The notes beneath the pieces are model-generated. The model was not told where the DNA came from. It did no database searches and saw only the letters and a program-made list of their open reading frames with translations. Source: a virus (lineage: Duplodnaviria; Caudoviricetes). Taken from it: a stretch of DNA of 64,000 bases. Shown one piece after another: positions 45,701 through 55,031 of this stretch. The number at the start of each line of letters is the position of its first letter. The stretch's first letter is position 1. The translations under genes were made by a program, and so were the position numbers. The stretch lies in the IMG/VR virus record IMGVR_UViG_3300027969_000040; one strand, given 5' to 3'.

Positions 45701-48700
45701 ATAGAAATAGTTGATTATAATAATCCGGTATATAATAAGTATCTGTCAGAGGAATAGTAAATGTGGTGGTTATATAAGTTTTAATCAATTGATTATCTAA
45801 TATGATTACTGTTTCTTTTACTTGATACCCGTAGTACGGTCCAACTGTACGATTATTCGGAAAAAATACAGAATCTGATATCATTGGTACTGCAAATTTA
45901 TAATTTCCAATACTAATTAAAGGAGTAACTAGCCGTTGAGATGTATTAAATGGCACAGTTAAAGAAATTATATCATTTTCTTTTATTTTTACATTGTCGG
46001 TATATTCCGACCCATTTATAGCTAAAAATCCAAACTCGGCCGATATGTATATATCTTTATTATTTGGTATAGTCTGAGTCATTAAAATTTCAATTTTAGT
46101 TTCATTTTTTCGAGGAACTGTCACCGGTCTAATTATTTGAAATTTATTATAAGGGCAAAATCCCCGATCTATATAATCAAAACTGCCAATGCCTGCTACG
46201 CTCCATGCTCCTACACCAACATCACTGTAAAATACAACACTCTGATTAGCAGCTACGGTAGTATAAGTTAAACTTGCTGTACTACCCATTCCGACATTTG
46301 CTGTACTTAAATGATTAGAATTATCGTAAAAATATTCAATGAATTGCATTAATTTACCAACAGAAATTCCAACCTCATAGGTAAGCTCTTTAACTGGTAA
46401 TATTGTTTTGAATAGCAAATCGGTATCCATGGATATGCTCGCCGGTTGACTTAACTCAACACTTTTTCGTTGTATAGATAAAATTGAACCAGACGTCAAA
46501 TACGTTGTACTATCAACTTCAAAACCGAGTCTATGAAATTTAACTGGCGTTGCAGCCGGCCCAGTAGGCCCAGTGCTATAGTTCTCAACGTTTGCGTAAT
46601 ATATTGAATATCCGTCGGTAGCTGTTAAACCCGACATTTGGATTTTTGTACTGTTTATTGTATATGCAGTACCAACCGATATACTATTAGTCATAACAGT
46701 AGTAATTATGTATGCACCATCAAACCTTTTACTTATAATAGTTCCATTTGTGACATTAGTAATAACCAAATTAATATATATTTTATTATAATCTGCTTGA
46801 CTTACATAAAATTCAGACACTATGCTAGTAATGGGCCCACCACCTACGTGTCCTATACAAGTAATCGAAATAGTTAGTCTATCTATAGTTTGAATCCCAT
46901 CTAAGTATGCTGATAGACCACTTGGTTTTTTTGTAAAAACTACATAATATGAGTCGTCAACATCAGAATCGACATGTCCATCGAACACAAGTAAGTTAGT
47001 AAACGAATCAATTAAAATCAATTTGACACTAGCCGACGAAGTTATTATATTACTTGGCGCCGATAATACAAACGTATTGTGATAGCCAACAGTATTATTG
47101 TAAGCATAATTTATTAACGGATTTCCTACTAATTGGAGATTTAAAGAATTATTAAAGTGAATTAGAGCAACCGCATCATAATTAATTTTTATAAATTTAG
47201 AAATAGTGTTAACACTAGCGGCAACGAAATTAAGATCTATTAGATCAGTAATTGATACTACAGTAGTAGAAAGCGTAATTCCTGTGCCACTAACATAATC
47301 TCCCACATTTACATCAGTAACCGATGCAAGAGGAACTTTAGTTGAGTTGATCGTTGTGGCTCTACAGGTAACAAGATTTCCCAATGGGTACGGTTGAGCT
47401 TCTGTTCCCACCCAACGAATTCTAATGGTCTGAAACTCTTCTATAATTCCCGACTTATAATACAAACCCGGTGTATTACCACTATTTAATGTTGCCGGAT
47501 GTACATTTAAAGGATCTCTATTATCGATCGGGGCACCAAGATACAGATCACGTGCAGTCTCAATATACAATGCATCTTTATGTAGACTACCAAATTCCAC
47601 ATTGCCAGTTAGTACAGTGCTGCCAAACGTTATATATCCGTCGGTTGCTACATTTATATTTGAATAATTAGTACCGTACATAGTTAAATTGAACGGCAAC
47701 GATATACCAATATTTGCACCAGTATCTATATTACCAAAATTAACAGTGCTCGAATATCGAATTGGAGTTAGTGATAATGAACTATACCTGTTTAGTGCTA
47801 CTGTATTAGGTACAAAAAAATCTAAATTACTAGTTGACGATTTTACAGTAAAATTACAATCAATTGCTGTTTCGCCTATAACAATTGTACGTCTATAGTC
47901 TCCATTGGCATATGCTCTGAAACTAACACCTAAATAATCACCGGTATTAAATTTAGTATTTGTTGCTGCTTTTGCACCATTGACCCAATAGCTTAAATCT
48001 CTACTGGTATTAGCTGCAATGGATTCAATTCCTAACATTTTCACGCGAACTGGTCTGGTGCCAATGTGACTCAATGGCCCAATTTTATCATCAAATTTAA
48101 ATGGAATTATTTTTTTAATGCTGGCACCAGTGGGCGCCACTAAATTTAGTGTAGAAAATTCTTGCAAATAATGTACTGCAAGATAACTATTGCCTACTAC
48201 TGATATTAGTGTAATTTTATTATCAAAACGATATTCTTTTATTTGATTAGTTGAATCAATTGATAATGCAGTATTGTTGTCGTGTCCTGTTACCCATAGT
48301 GTGTGTTTAAATTGCCTTGCATATGCCGGTGCCATATTTGGGGTAGGAATGTAATACAAACTGCTTGCGTCAGAATTTGTAACTATTATTCGACAATTGT
48401 TCGGATCGGGTATTCCTACAAAATCACTGTCGGGCATAGTTGATGGTGTGCCAACTGAATTAACATCTTGCCCTAGTGTCTGCATTTGTGAAAACTCGCC
48501 AGAATTACTTACATAGTATATTATTCCCAACGTTGTAACAACAATTGCACCGGTACCAATGCAGGCTATTGAAGAAAATTTATCTAACGCACTATTAAAT
48601 GTTGAAATCAATTCAAATTGATTATTTAAATAATATATACTTCCTTGTCCAACTACCCATATATATGTATTATTTTGATTTATATCAAACGACGTTACTA

Positions 48701-49460
48701 TAGGATTTATTTTTGATCTATAATACGCTCGTCTTGCATCTGTATACGACTGTCCACTGGGAAGATCGGCTTCAAATGGCAAATTATTATTAAATGATCC
48801 AATTGGTGTTACAATTGGATCAAATGAATTAGTATTAAAAGATTGCGACCTAAGGGTAATCCTGTACATTTTTTTGTCTGCACATAGTACCACTGCCTCG
48901 GTTTCTAATTTATTAGTAGCAGGATTGATCTTTGATAGTTTTCGATATTCAATTGGACCAGCCGGTAAGTATACTTTAGAAATTAACTCTTCGGTGTCTG
49001 CGTAAAAACATACTGTATCATTTATATGATCTAATACAATGTGATATGCTAAAATATTAGGCGTTAGATTATAATTAAATCCCAATCGCCGTTGATTGTT
49101 TATTGCACTTTTATAGAAACTAATTAAAAATACCTGTGGTGCATAATTGAACCATTTTTTTCTAGCATCTGTAGTTTTAACAGACGGTCTATAATCATTT
49201 TTATTAACAATTGCAAATGTTTGCGTTAGACTATCAAGTTGATATTCGTAAATTTGATAACCTAAATACGAATTAGGCGTAGTTACAGTAACTTGTACAT
49301 GATCTAACGGAAGTAAATCAACCGGGCGCGTGGAAATTATACTATCATTAACTGATAATATAACCCCCACTGTTGAGATATTAAATGTTTGAGATTTACT
49401 TGAATAAAAATCTACAGTAATAACACTATTGGGGGTGCATGCCGAAACACTGTTGAACAT
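42741..49460 (-). CDS. Very large virion protein (~2239 aa) with propeller-like N-terminal region, nidogen(NIDO)-like domain and tandem-repeat C-terminal third
   Basis: ISLPFNLTMYGTNYSNINVATDGYITFG NIDO-like motif; 48-, 45- and 42-nt in-frame repeats. ATG at 49460, 4-5 nt after GGAGG(G), is preferred over the track start 49472. Confidence 0.8.
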   Translation of the reverse strand: MFNSVSACTPNSVITVDFYSSKSQTFNISTVGVILSVNDSIISTRPVDLLPLDHVQVTVTTPNSYLGYQIYEYQLDSLTQTFAIVNKNDYRPSVKTTDARKKWFNYAPQVFLISFYKSAINNQRRLGFNYNLTPNILAYHIVLDHINDTVCFYADTEELISKVYLPAGPIEYRKLSKINPATNKLETEAVVLCADKKMYRITLRSQSFNTNSFDPIVTPIGSFNNNLPFEADLPSGQSYTDARRAYYRSKINPIVTSFDINQNNTYIWVVGQGSIYYLNNQFELISTFNSALDKFSSIACIGTGAIVVTTLGIIYYVSNSGEFSQMQTLGQDVNSVGTPSTMPDSDFVGIPDPNNCRIIVTNSDASSLYYIPTPNMAPAYARQFKHTLWVTGHDNNTALSIDSTNQIKEYRFDNKITLISVVGNSYLAVHYLQEFSTLNLVAPTGASIKKIIPFKFDDKIGPLSHIGTRPVRVKMLGIESIAANTSRDLSYWVNGAKAATNTKFNTGDYLGVSFRAYANGDYRRTIVIGETAIDCNFTVKSSTSNLDFFVPNTVALNRYSSLSLTPIRYSSTVNFGNIDTGANIGISLPFNLTMYGTNYSNINVATDGYITFGSTVLTGNVEFGSLHKDALYIETARDLYLGAPIDNRDPLNVHPATLNSGNTPGLYYKSGIIEEFQTIRIRWVGTEAQPYPLGNLVTCRATTINSTKVPLASVTDVNVGDYVSGTGITLSTTVVSITDLIDLNFVAASVNTISKFIKINYDAVALIHFNNSLNLQLVGNPLINYAYNNTVGYHNTFVLSAPSNIITSSASVKLILIDSFTNLLVFDGHVDSDVDDSYYVVFTKKPSGLSAYLDGIQTIDRLTISITCIGHVGGGPITSIVSEFYVSQADYNKIYINLVITNVTNGTIISKRFDGAYIITTVMTNSISVGTAYTINSTKIQMSGLTATDGYSIYYANVENYSTGPTGPAATPVKFHRLGFEVDSTTYLTSGSILSIQRKSVELSQPASISMDTDLLFKTILPVKELTYEVGISVGKLMQFIEYFYDNSNHLSTANVGMGSTASLTYTTVAANQSVVFYSDVGVGAWSVAGIGSFDYIDRGFCPYNKFQIIRPVTVPRKNETKIEILMTQTIPNNKDIYISAEFGFLAINGSEYTDNVKIKENDIISLTVPFNTSQRLVTPLISIGNYKFAVPMISDSVFFPNNRTVGPYYGYQVKETVIILDNQLIKTYITTTFTIPLTDTYYIPDYYNQLFLLTRTPTITRQVLPAGTYYNLRAGDIITIENILTPSSIYDVYDILVSTASRAIRISVRTGSGPVFNYIDFGTLVEPYARGLTYTIDPLYSSVGYVGDLFSTSNITLTATTAISGGGLYIDTAYANIIINNVDKGRYATNVSTGDIISLRRTIVNYVESNVTLYQVKTDTTILSKVYIPIGNWGLQNKVIVNEGLAPTEKLVTGNIAPTLVSDSSPLFKMDTQFEAESSTNIKIKSTPQHLATLNYLNVPKIDNVKFQNTSIGMGQMTFSKLPRLSLSLSEVFPTKLYSISSRLTANVFPELSKTSSYIKLTQGNLVLPHSISYMSVGSYMPLLPYNISYLKLGGFEPLLPYNISYLKLGGFEPLLPYNISYLKLGSFEPLLPYNISYLKLGSFEPLLPYNISYNLSETFKPEIDNTATYYKNQRFKDTISTIATYYINDTFFTESDAAITYYTSTEFEAKADTISTYNISDQFDINRDGGGNDFSPDKFDINLLPGGQQFHSGSVSNLPTNVTLMNYNMPYNRENDFQLPNYNMPYNRENDFQLPNYNMPYNRENDFQLPDYRMPYNRENDFQLPDYRMPFKREIDINENHYRNDANTINPTTQFGAIFPPSKINATNLSIYLTPITIHRDIMTGDISPVMKNKSELYASIVANADPKEVELYTYIDPIRHNKTYLFDTLKSAADPKESVLKDAIYSLAEAKVAISHTDLPPYNENIPTELIPRMDVLMEIEDPFKLLTPLTSTHDSKNQTTTDLLPYQTTKNYGTIVDLTAYYDIENQPAEYLAPIYNSETIASDELASQLDIETNILTEIIPQLDIETNILTEIIPEIDIRINPLVDAKIINRLDVETILLPKITPEIDIERRSLIPLISEFQTQIMYTTKELDEVSAFSTYIKIYALGNLGDTATYVDPTTSPLGKPFSMEYNYVSAAYRTRYDASVEAGKYKGADVVKVGTDYWNYRIYFNTRHFCIPKKGRLFPTSWYISGG
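43221..43304 (-). repeat. 42-nt in-frame tandem repeat (LDIETNILTEIIPQ)
   Basis: Two near-identical copies starting at 43221 and 43263. Confidence 0.85.
43964..44159 (-). repeat. 45-nt in-frame tandem repeat (MPYNRENDFQLPNYN/DYR)
   Basis: Units at 43964, 44009, 44054 and 44099, partial at 44144. Confidence 0.95.
44501..44715 (-). repeat. 48-nt in-frame tandem repeat (LLPYNISYLKLG(G/S)FEP)
   Basis: Units at 44501, 44549, 44597 and 44645, partial at 44693. Confidence 0.95.
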
Positions 49461-49519
49461 CATGCCCTCCAATTGGGTGTAACATAGTCAATTATTTTTT
49501 CCTTTAATATAAAGGAGAT

Positions 49520-51301
49520 TTAAATATGACTGTCTTCGGCAGCATTACTAGCGGCTCGTTGCAGATCAACATCGTCTAGGTCGGCAAAATACCCCATTTT
49601 AGTTAATACCATTAATCGCATACCAGTACCAAATCTTTCAGTTCCGTACAATGCCTGATATACTCTTTTACCCAGCGATGGGGTAGTGGATGCACGTTTT
49701 ACGCCACGTTCATCGTACCCACCATGGCCTTCATTATATACATCAACTTCAATTACCGATCCTGGTCCGACCACTTCAGACGACACAGTACCTAACATAT
49801 CTAATTCATCTGCATAACGGAATCTAGGAGTACTTAAATTATTTAAAAATGTAACTACAAAGTCCCCATTTTCAGTCAATGACTGTTGCGGATATGGATT
49901 TAATAACGGCGGATTATCCTCAGTTTGTATAGTAGCTGATTTTTTAATGCTTGGTGCCGATACATCTACTTCTCGAAGAATAAACTTTGTAAAACTCTGT
50001 GGAGCACCCATTCCGGTTACCACAAATACAGGGCATCGGCTAGTTTCGTATGAAATAGCAGGATTGTAAGGGAATCGTTGATTACGCATTTTTCCTCCGC
50101 CCCTTACATGCCCGGTTATTCGATCAACTGATCGTTGACATAAGACCCAGCGGAATGGACTGTTACCAATATTGTTAGCAAGTAATGGATTTGGGTTATT
50201 GCCTATATCAAACGTACCTTCGGGTACTTCTTCTTGACTACCTTCCCATACTGCAAAAAACCAACCTCTATTAGTCATTGTTATACAATAGCTCATTGGG
50301 TACGCACCCTCAGACCCTATGTCGGGATCTCTGTTGAGCCAAATTTGAGACAATGCTTTTGCTGGATCTGGTGCCGCACTTGTCCAGTCTTGACCAAACG
50401 AACTTAAATTACCTGCTGGTTCTGTTTTTGTAGGAGCTGTCGAATAGGCTCGATTGTTTAATTGTGCAATATTTCCAGTATTTGGTAATTGTAATTCTGT
50501 AGCACAATGTATTGCCATTTTTGTGTCAGATATTGCATTAAAACAAACTCTCCAATTTGAACTATTACCGGCTGCCGATCTAAATGCACCAACTTGAACT
50601 TGATCAGCTAAAGGATCAACCAATGGAGTCGATTCTAAAATCCAAACTCCCCAACTTGCTCCAGCAGAACTATCAGTTGGAATTGGATTAGTTGACGCAG
50701 GATCTGGAGACCAAGGAACATTTCTTGTATTGTCGTCAGCATCTGCTGGTGTTGTTGGTACAAGTGGATTCAATATGTCTGGTCCAACATAGCCGCCTGC
50801 TCCACCCCATGGAGTATGTGGCGGAGGTACACTTTTTACATATGGCATTGTAAAACTGTATCCAGTTCCGGCGCCAACAGTGGTTACTGGGTTAACTATT
50901 CCTGGAGTATTTCCGCCAGATACAGTAACTGGTTCTGTGACTAATTTCAATACCACGCTTGCTCCATCAGGCACGGCTGGGTCAATGCTGGGCTCATAAA
51001 CTCCGGAAGTGGTATACGATCTATAAACATAATAATTACCTGGTGCTATAGTACCCGCCGTCCCAGCGCCAGTGCCAGCAGTAACAGTAATTTTAGTTCC
51101 ATGTGGAACCTTATAGGGTATGCCTACAATTGAAATATTTCCTGCCGCAGCAATTCCCCCAACTTGTAACGATACACTAGGATATACAATTCTAAAAAAC
51201 GGAACACGATTCATACCTTGTCCGGTCATTTCTTTCATTACATCAGTCACAAGGTCCAGAATGCTAGTGAACCCGTATTTTGTAGTATTAAAACATGCCA
51301 T
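49520..51301 (-). CDS. Virion structural protein (593 aa), paralogue of 51319..54108
   Basis: AGGAG RBS; shares YP-x-x-Y-x-x-T-x-TNRG-x-F-x-x-VWEG, QR-x-VDR-x-x-G and NL-x-TPRFRY-x-x-ELDM-x-G with its neighbour. Confidence 0.8.
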   Translation of the reverse strand: MACFNTTKYGFTSILDLVTDVMKEMTGQGMNRVPFFRIVYPSVSLQVGGIAAAGNISIVGIPYKVPHGTKITVTAGTGAGTAGTIAPGNYYVYRSYTTSGVYEPSIDPAVPDGASVVLKLVTEPVTVSGGNTPGIVNPVTTVGAGTGYSFTMPYVKSVPPPHTPWGGAGGYVGPDILNPLVPTTPADADDNTRNVPWSPDPASTNPIPTDSSAGASWGVWILESTPLVDPLADQVQVGAFRSAAGNSSNWRVCFNAISDTKMAIHCATELQLPNTGNIAQLNNRAYSTAPTKTEPAGNLSSFGQDWTSAAPDPAKALSQIWLNRDPDIGSEGAYPMSYCITMTNRGWFFAVWEGSQEEVPEGTFDIGNNPNPLLANNIGNSPFRWVLCQRSVDRITGHVRGGGKMRNQRFPYNPAISYETSRCPVFVVTGMGAPQSFTKFILREVDVSAPSIKKSATIQTEDNPPLLNPYPQQSLTENGDFVVTFLNNLSTPRFRYADELDMLGTVSSEVVGPGSVIEVDVYNEGHGGYDERGVKRASTTPSLGKRVYQALYGTERFGTGMRLMVLTKMGYFADLDDVDLQRAASNAAEDSHI

Positions 51302-51318
51302 TATTATTAAACTCCTAA

Positions 51319-54108
51319 TTAATGTGGAATATCTCTTATAACACAGATCCTCAGACCTGTATTATATGGTAAGTTTGAAGGCATAGCCCTATATGTCCTA
51401 GGTGATGGTTCGCCGTATACTCCAGCGCCGTTTGGAGCAGTTAACACCACATCATTACCCGACATACAAACATCAGCAGATGCTTGCCCAATCATGTCTA
51501 ACTCTTCTGAGTATCTGAATCTAGGAGTAGTCAAATTATGTAAGAATGATATAAGATATGTATTATACTCAGTCAATGATATTTGATTAGTTGTATTCAT
51601 TATTGCATAACTATCCTGCGTATGTGTATCAGCTGGTATTCTATATTTAGACTCAATTTCTCGAAGTATGGCTGTTTTTCCAACTGTACTAGCGGTGGCT
51701 GTAAGAGATTGTACAGCATTTGCAGCACCAATACCTGCCGATCCAGTGTAACCTATTCCAGACCTAGGATCTATAAAGTCTCTTACATTCCACGGATCGC
51801 CTTGCTGCGGATGTGTAATATCTTCTTCTCTAACTATAAATTTCCAATATCTATACCCAACACTATTAACACAAAACACAGGTGCTCGACCTTTGCAATA
51901 TGTTCTGCCATTTTCTCTGTCAACTGGGCGTTGTATTAAAAACCAATTAAAGAAGCTATCTTTATCAATTATGCTAATTGATGCAGCTTTTTGCATGTTG
52001 CTCCAATTCCCTTCCCAAACGCCAAAGAATAAACCGCGATTGGTTATAGTCATTGTATAATTCAACGGATATGCTTCAGGGCTCAGAGCGACTCTGACTT
52101 CTCTGTTAACAAATCCTTCGGTTGGTTTTGCAGGATCTGGCCCAATATTAGTGGTAATACCAGGTGCGCCGCCATGGGATGCATACCCCTGTTGCTTGTC
52201 GATATAAGTTGAAGCAAGACCTGGTTTTTCGCCCATCATTCCTGCTCTATCAACTATCGTTCCGTCGGCTTTGGTAACATTTGCAACCGTGCCTGCGTCT
52301 GTTAATTGCATTGGTGTTCCTGCATATACATTCATTGCCTGTGCCCCGGCAAGCGGCTTGAGTTTATTTCGTAATACCTCAAATGTAACTCTCCATGGTT
52401 GCATTTCAGGGAAAAGACAATTTACATATAAACCCGAATGCTGAGCATATTGTTTATTCAATCGAACATTGGCAAACCAAGTTTGGTTAGGTATATCGTA
52501 GAATTCCTCCATTACCTCAACAATTTTTAGATCTAAATCAGGCTCCAGATAAACTGATGTATCGCCACGTGGCATTCTAACTGACATGCCGGCATGCATC
52601 TTAGGTGTTTTTACCGTGTCTGCATATTTTTGATCTGTTACACCATTTAATTCTAGATACTGTGATATACTAGTATCGCCATCTCTATCTAATTTTATAT
52701 TTCCAAAAAGTCCTGTAGGATCATTTATTGGATCAACATCGCCAGTGGCTTCTAATGTTGCTAAAAATCCAGCTGGATTTCTGACATTATCGTTAATAGT
52801 TAAACCCGAACCTCTAAAAAGTAAAGTATCACCTACATTTATATTTACTAATTCTGAGTTTCCGGGTGCCGCTTCAAGTTCAATATAGGTATACAGTGTT
52901 ACTGCTTCTGAACTATAAGTTCTATCAACAGGCGCGCCCGTGCCGCCTATCACTTTATGCGTTAACTCGGGGCGAGTTCTTATACCTGTTACAACTTCAA
53001 AAGATTTAACACTTTTTACTTTTGTACCTGGTGGAATATAACTTTGAACATCTCTTTTGCCGACCTCGGTACTTAATATAATTTCTTGCCCTGGCATTAT
53101 CATTGTATAAGCAGTAGTGTGTAATACCGAAAACCATATACCGGCCGAAGTTGATTCGTAAGTAACCCCGAAGCCGGTTGCATCAGGGTCCATTTCAATA
53201 CCTCTGGGCCAGAGACGCTCACCATTTGTGCCGTATCCATACTGCGCCTGCCAGGGTTCGCGAGGACGAGGATTTGACCCCGAACCAAACGGTGATATTG
53301 TTGGCGCTACGTCCGCAGGGTTGCCGGTTGTCGCTGCACCAGCTGCCCAGCCAACCTTTGCAAATGAGGTATTCGGTATGGCGGCTGAACCAAACGGGGT
53401 ATCGTCGCCTTTATGTGCAGATGGTTTACCTGCAGCACCTGGTGCACCTCTATATGTACCTTGGCAAACGTAGGTAACTCCCGTTGCACCTTGAGCTGGG
53501 GATGTCCCCGGTGGCCCGAGGTATGTCAATGGTGTAGCCTGTCTTTGATCCATCCTATACCAGTCGTTGACTTCTCCGACTTTAACAGCCAATGAAGTAA
53601 CAGCACCAACTGGATTAACTGCCTTAACTTCAAGTTTTGGACCTTTTAAATCCAATGGTTGCGCAGTTCCTGTTCCAGTTCCTGTACGGTCATTATATTT
53701 TGCGTATGGAACAAACGCTGTAAAAATTGTACCAATTGTATTTGTACTTGCCCCAAAATCAATGAAATCAGTTGTACCAAGTGATAAAATTTTATAATTA
53801 TGTCCAACTAGCAAGTTTTGATCTACATCAATTTCGTCTGGAATTGCTAGTTCAAGGGTATCACCCACCTTGTATCCTAATCCTCCAGATTCAATTTCGC
53901 AATATCTTTCACTTGGTACGCCAGCATCGCCAACTTCGTTACCAACTTCGTCGATAATAGTTACATTGGCTTTTTGAAATCCGTTGCCTACTAAAATTCC
54001 ATATGCATCGACCATTAAATCGCTCATATTAGTAAATCCAATTTTTTCAACTGAATAAAAGTTTAGTTCGGGATAAACTGTTTCGTATACTGTTCTTGGT
54101 TGTATCAT
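51319..54108 (-). CDS. Virion structural protein (~929 aa), paralogue of 49520..51301
   Basis: ATG at 54108 behind AAGGAG and a late promoter (track start 54129 lies in the UTR); shared C-terminal core motifs. Confidence 0.8.
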   Translation of the reverse strand: MIQPRTVYETVYPELNFYSVEKIGFTNMSDLMVDAYGILVGNGFQKANVTIIDEVGNEVGDAGVPSERYCEIESGGLGYKVGDTLELAIPDEIDVDQNLLVGHNYKILSLGTTDFIDFGASTNTIGTIFTAFVPYAKYNDRTGTGTGTAQPLDLKGPKLEVKAVNPVGAVTSLAVKVGEVNDWYRMDQRQATPLTYLGPPGTSPAQGATGVTYVCQGTYRGAPGAAGKPSAHKGDDTPFGSAAIPNTSFAKVGWAAGAATTGNPADVAPTISPFGSGSNPRPREPWQAQYGYGTNGERLWPRGIEMDPDATGFGVTYESTSAGIWFSVLHTTAYTMIMPGQEIILSTEVGKRDVQSYIPPGTKVKSVKSFEVVTGIRTRPELTHKVIGGTGAPVDRTYSSEAVTLYTYIELEAAPGNSELVNINVGDTLLFRGSGLTINDNVRNPAGFLATLEATGDVDPINDPTGLFGNIKLDRDGDTSISQYLELNGVTDQKYADTVKTPKMHAGMSVRMPRGDTSVYLEPDLDLKIVEVMEEFYDIPNQTWFANVRLNKQYAQHSGLYVNCLFPEMQPWRVTFEVLRNKLKPLAGAQAMNVYAGTPMQLTDAGTVANVTKADGTIVDRAGMMGEKPGLASTYIDKQQGYASHGGAPGITTNIGPDPAKPTEGFVNREVRVALSPEAYPLNYTMTITNRGLFFGVWEGNWSNMQKAASISIIDKDSFFNWFLIQRPVDRENGRTYCKGRAPVFCVNSVGYRYWKFIVREEDITHPQQGDPWNVRDFIDPRSGIGYTGSAGIGAANAVQSLTATASTVGKTAILREIESKYRIPADTHTQDSYAIMNTTNQISLTEYNTYLISFLHNLTTPRFRYSEELDMIGQASADVCMSGNDVVLTAPNGAGVYGEPSPRTYRAMPSNLPYNTGLRICVIRDIPH

Positions 54109-54129
54109 TGTTTTTCGCTCCTTGCCCAA

Positions 54130-54136
54130 TATTTAT
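54130..54136 (-). promoter_or_regulatory. T4-type late promoter ATAAATA (proximal of a tandem pair)
   Basis: Lies in the loop of CCCAAT/ATTGGG, upstream of AAGGAG. Confidence 0.7.
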
Positions 54137-54163
54137 CCAATTGGGATTTTAGAATTATAAAGT

Positions 54164-54170
54164 TATTTAT
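54164..54170 (-). promoter_or_regulatory. T4-type late promoter ATAAATA (distal of a tandem pair)
   Basis: Same intergenic region; flanked by direct repeats AACTTT. Confidence 0.6.
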
Positions 54171-54194
54171 CAAAGTTAACACAGTTATTAATCA

Positions 54195-55031
54195 TTAAAC
54201 GGCCGATACCCACGCATTATTAACAAATACATGTAACTTGGTTGTCGGCACAACAAACACTGTTCTTCCATTATAGTTACCAGTTGTCGGTAGGCTTTGA
54301 AGAATTTCTGTTCCAGGTCTACTATCAGTAACCGATGGAAAATAATATACACTAAATGTTATAGGGGTAGATGCCAAATACGGTGACAAACTAGTAAGTG
54401 TTACATATACATTAGAATCCGGAGGTGTCTCCATATTTGAAAATATACTGTATTGTCTGCTTTGAAAACTACTACCATCATTTAAAATTACTGTTCCATC
54501 GTCAACTAAATGATCAGGGGTAGCAATAAATGTATACGGGTTATCTTCATCTTTTGCCGCTGTTCCAAAAACTTCAACTTTAACTGGTCTACTAACACTT
54601 ACCGAGTACACTATTGCACTAACACCTAAATTTAATTTAAATTCGGCTGTTCCAAATCCTAATAAATTAGTGATTGTTGTTTCATATTTGTGTCTTCTTA
54701 TTGCAGAATCTGGCAGGCCAGGGGCCCAATAGGTGCCAGGATCGCCGCCACCAATTGACGTAATTACTTGCCCGTATCCCGGAGTAGTAATTGGCAAAGA
54801 ATATCTTGTTCCGACTGTAATTGTATCATCCGGGCCAGTTCCAACAGTTAAATTGGCACTTATTTTAGCATTACCAACTACATCAAGTTCCGTAGTAGGA
54901 GTAAAAGTATTAATACCGACTCGTTTGCGCCCAACATCAAAATATATAAGGTCCCCATCAACTGCTAAATCAATTCCTTGACGTTCCAGATTTGGAACAA
55001 GCATTGGGCCCGAAATGCGTCCTATTGCCAT
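54195..55031 (-). CDS. Virion structural protein (278 aa)
   Basis: MAIGRISGPML start; RVGINTFTPTTELDV fibre-shaft motif; TAATG coupling to the upstream gene. Confidence 0.8.
   Translation of the reverse strand: MAIGRISGPMLVPNLERQGIDLAVDGDLIYFDVGRKRVGINTFTPTTELDVVGNAKISANLTVGTGPDDTITVGTRYSLPITTPGYGQVITSIGGGDPGTYWAPGLPDSAIRRHKYETTITNLLGFGTAEFKLNLGVSAIVYSVSVSRPVKVEVFGTAAKDEDNPYTFIATPDHLVDDGTVILNDGSSFQSRQYSIFSNMETPPDSNVYVTLTSLSPYLASTPITFSVYYFPSVTDSRPGTEILQSLPTTGNYNGRTVFVVPTTKLHVFVNNAWVSAV

Noticed and set aside
49500-49516. TCCTTTA-ATA-TAAAGGA hairpin after the 593-aa gene as a terminator
   Set aside because: AT-rich stem followed by A residues rather than U on the transcribed strand.
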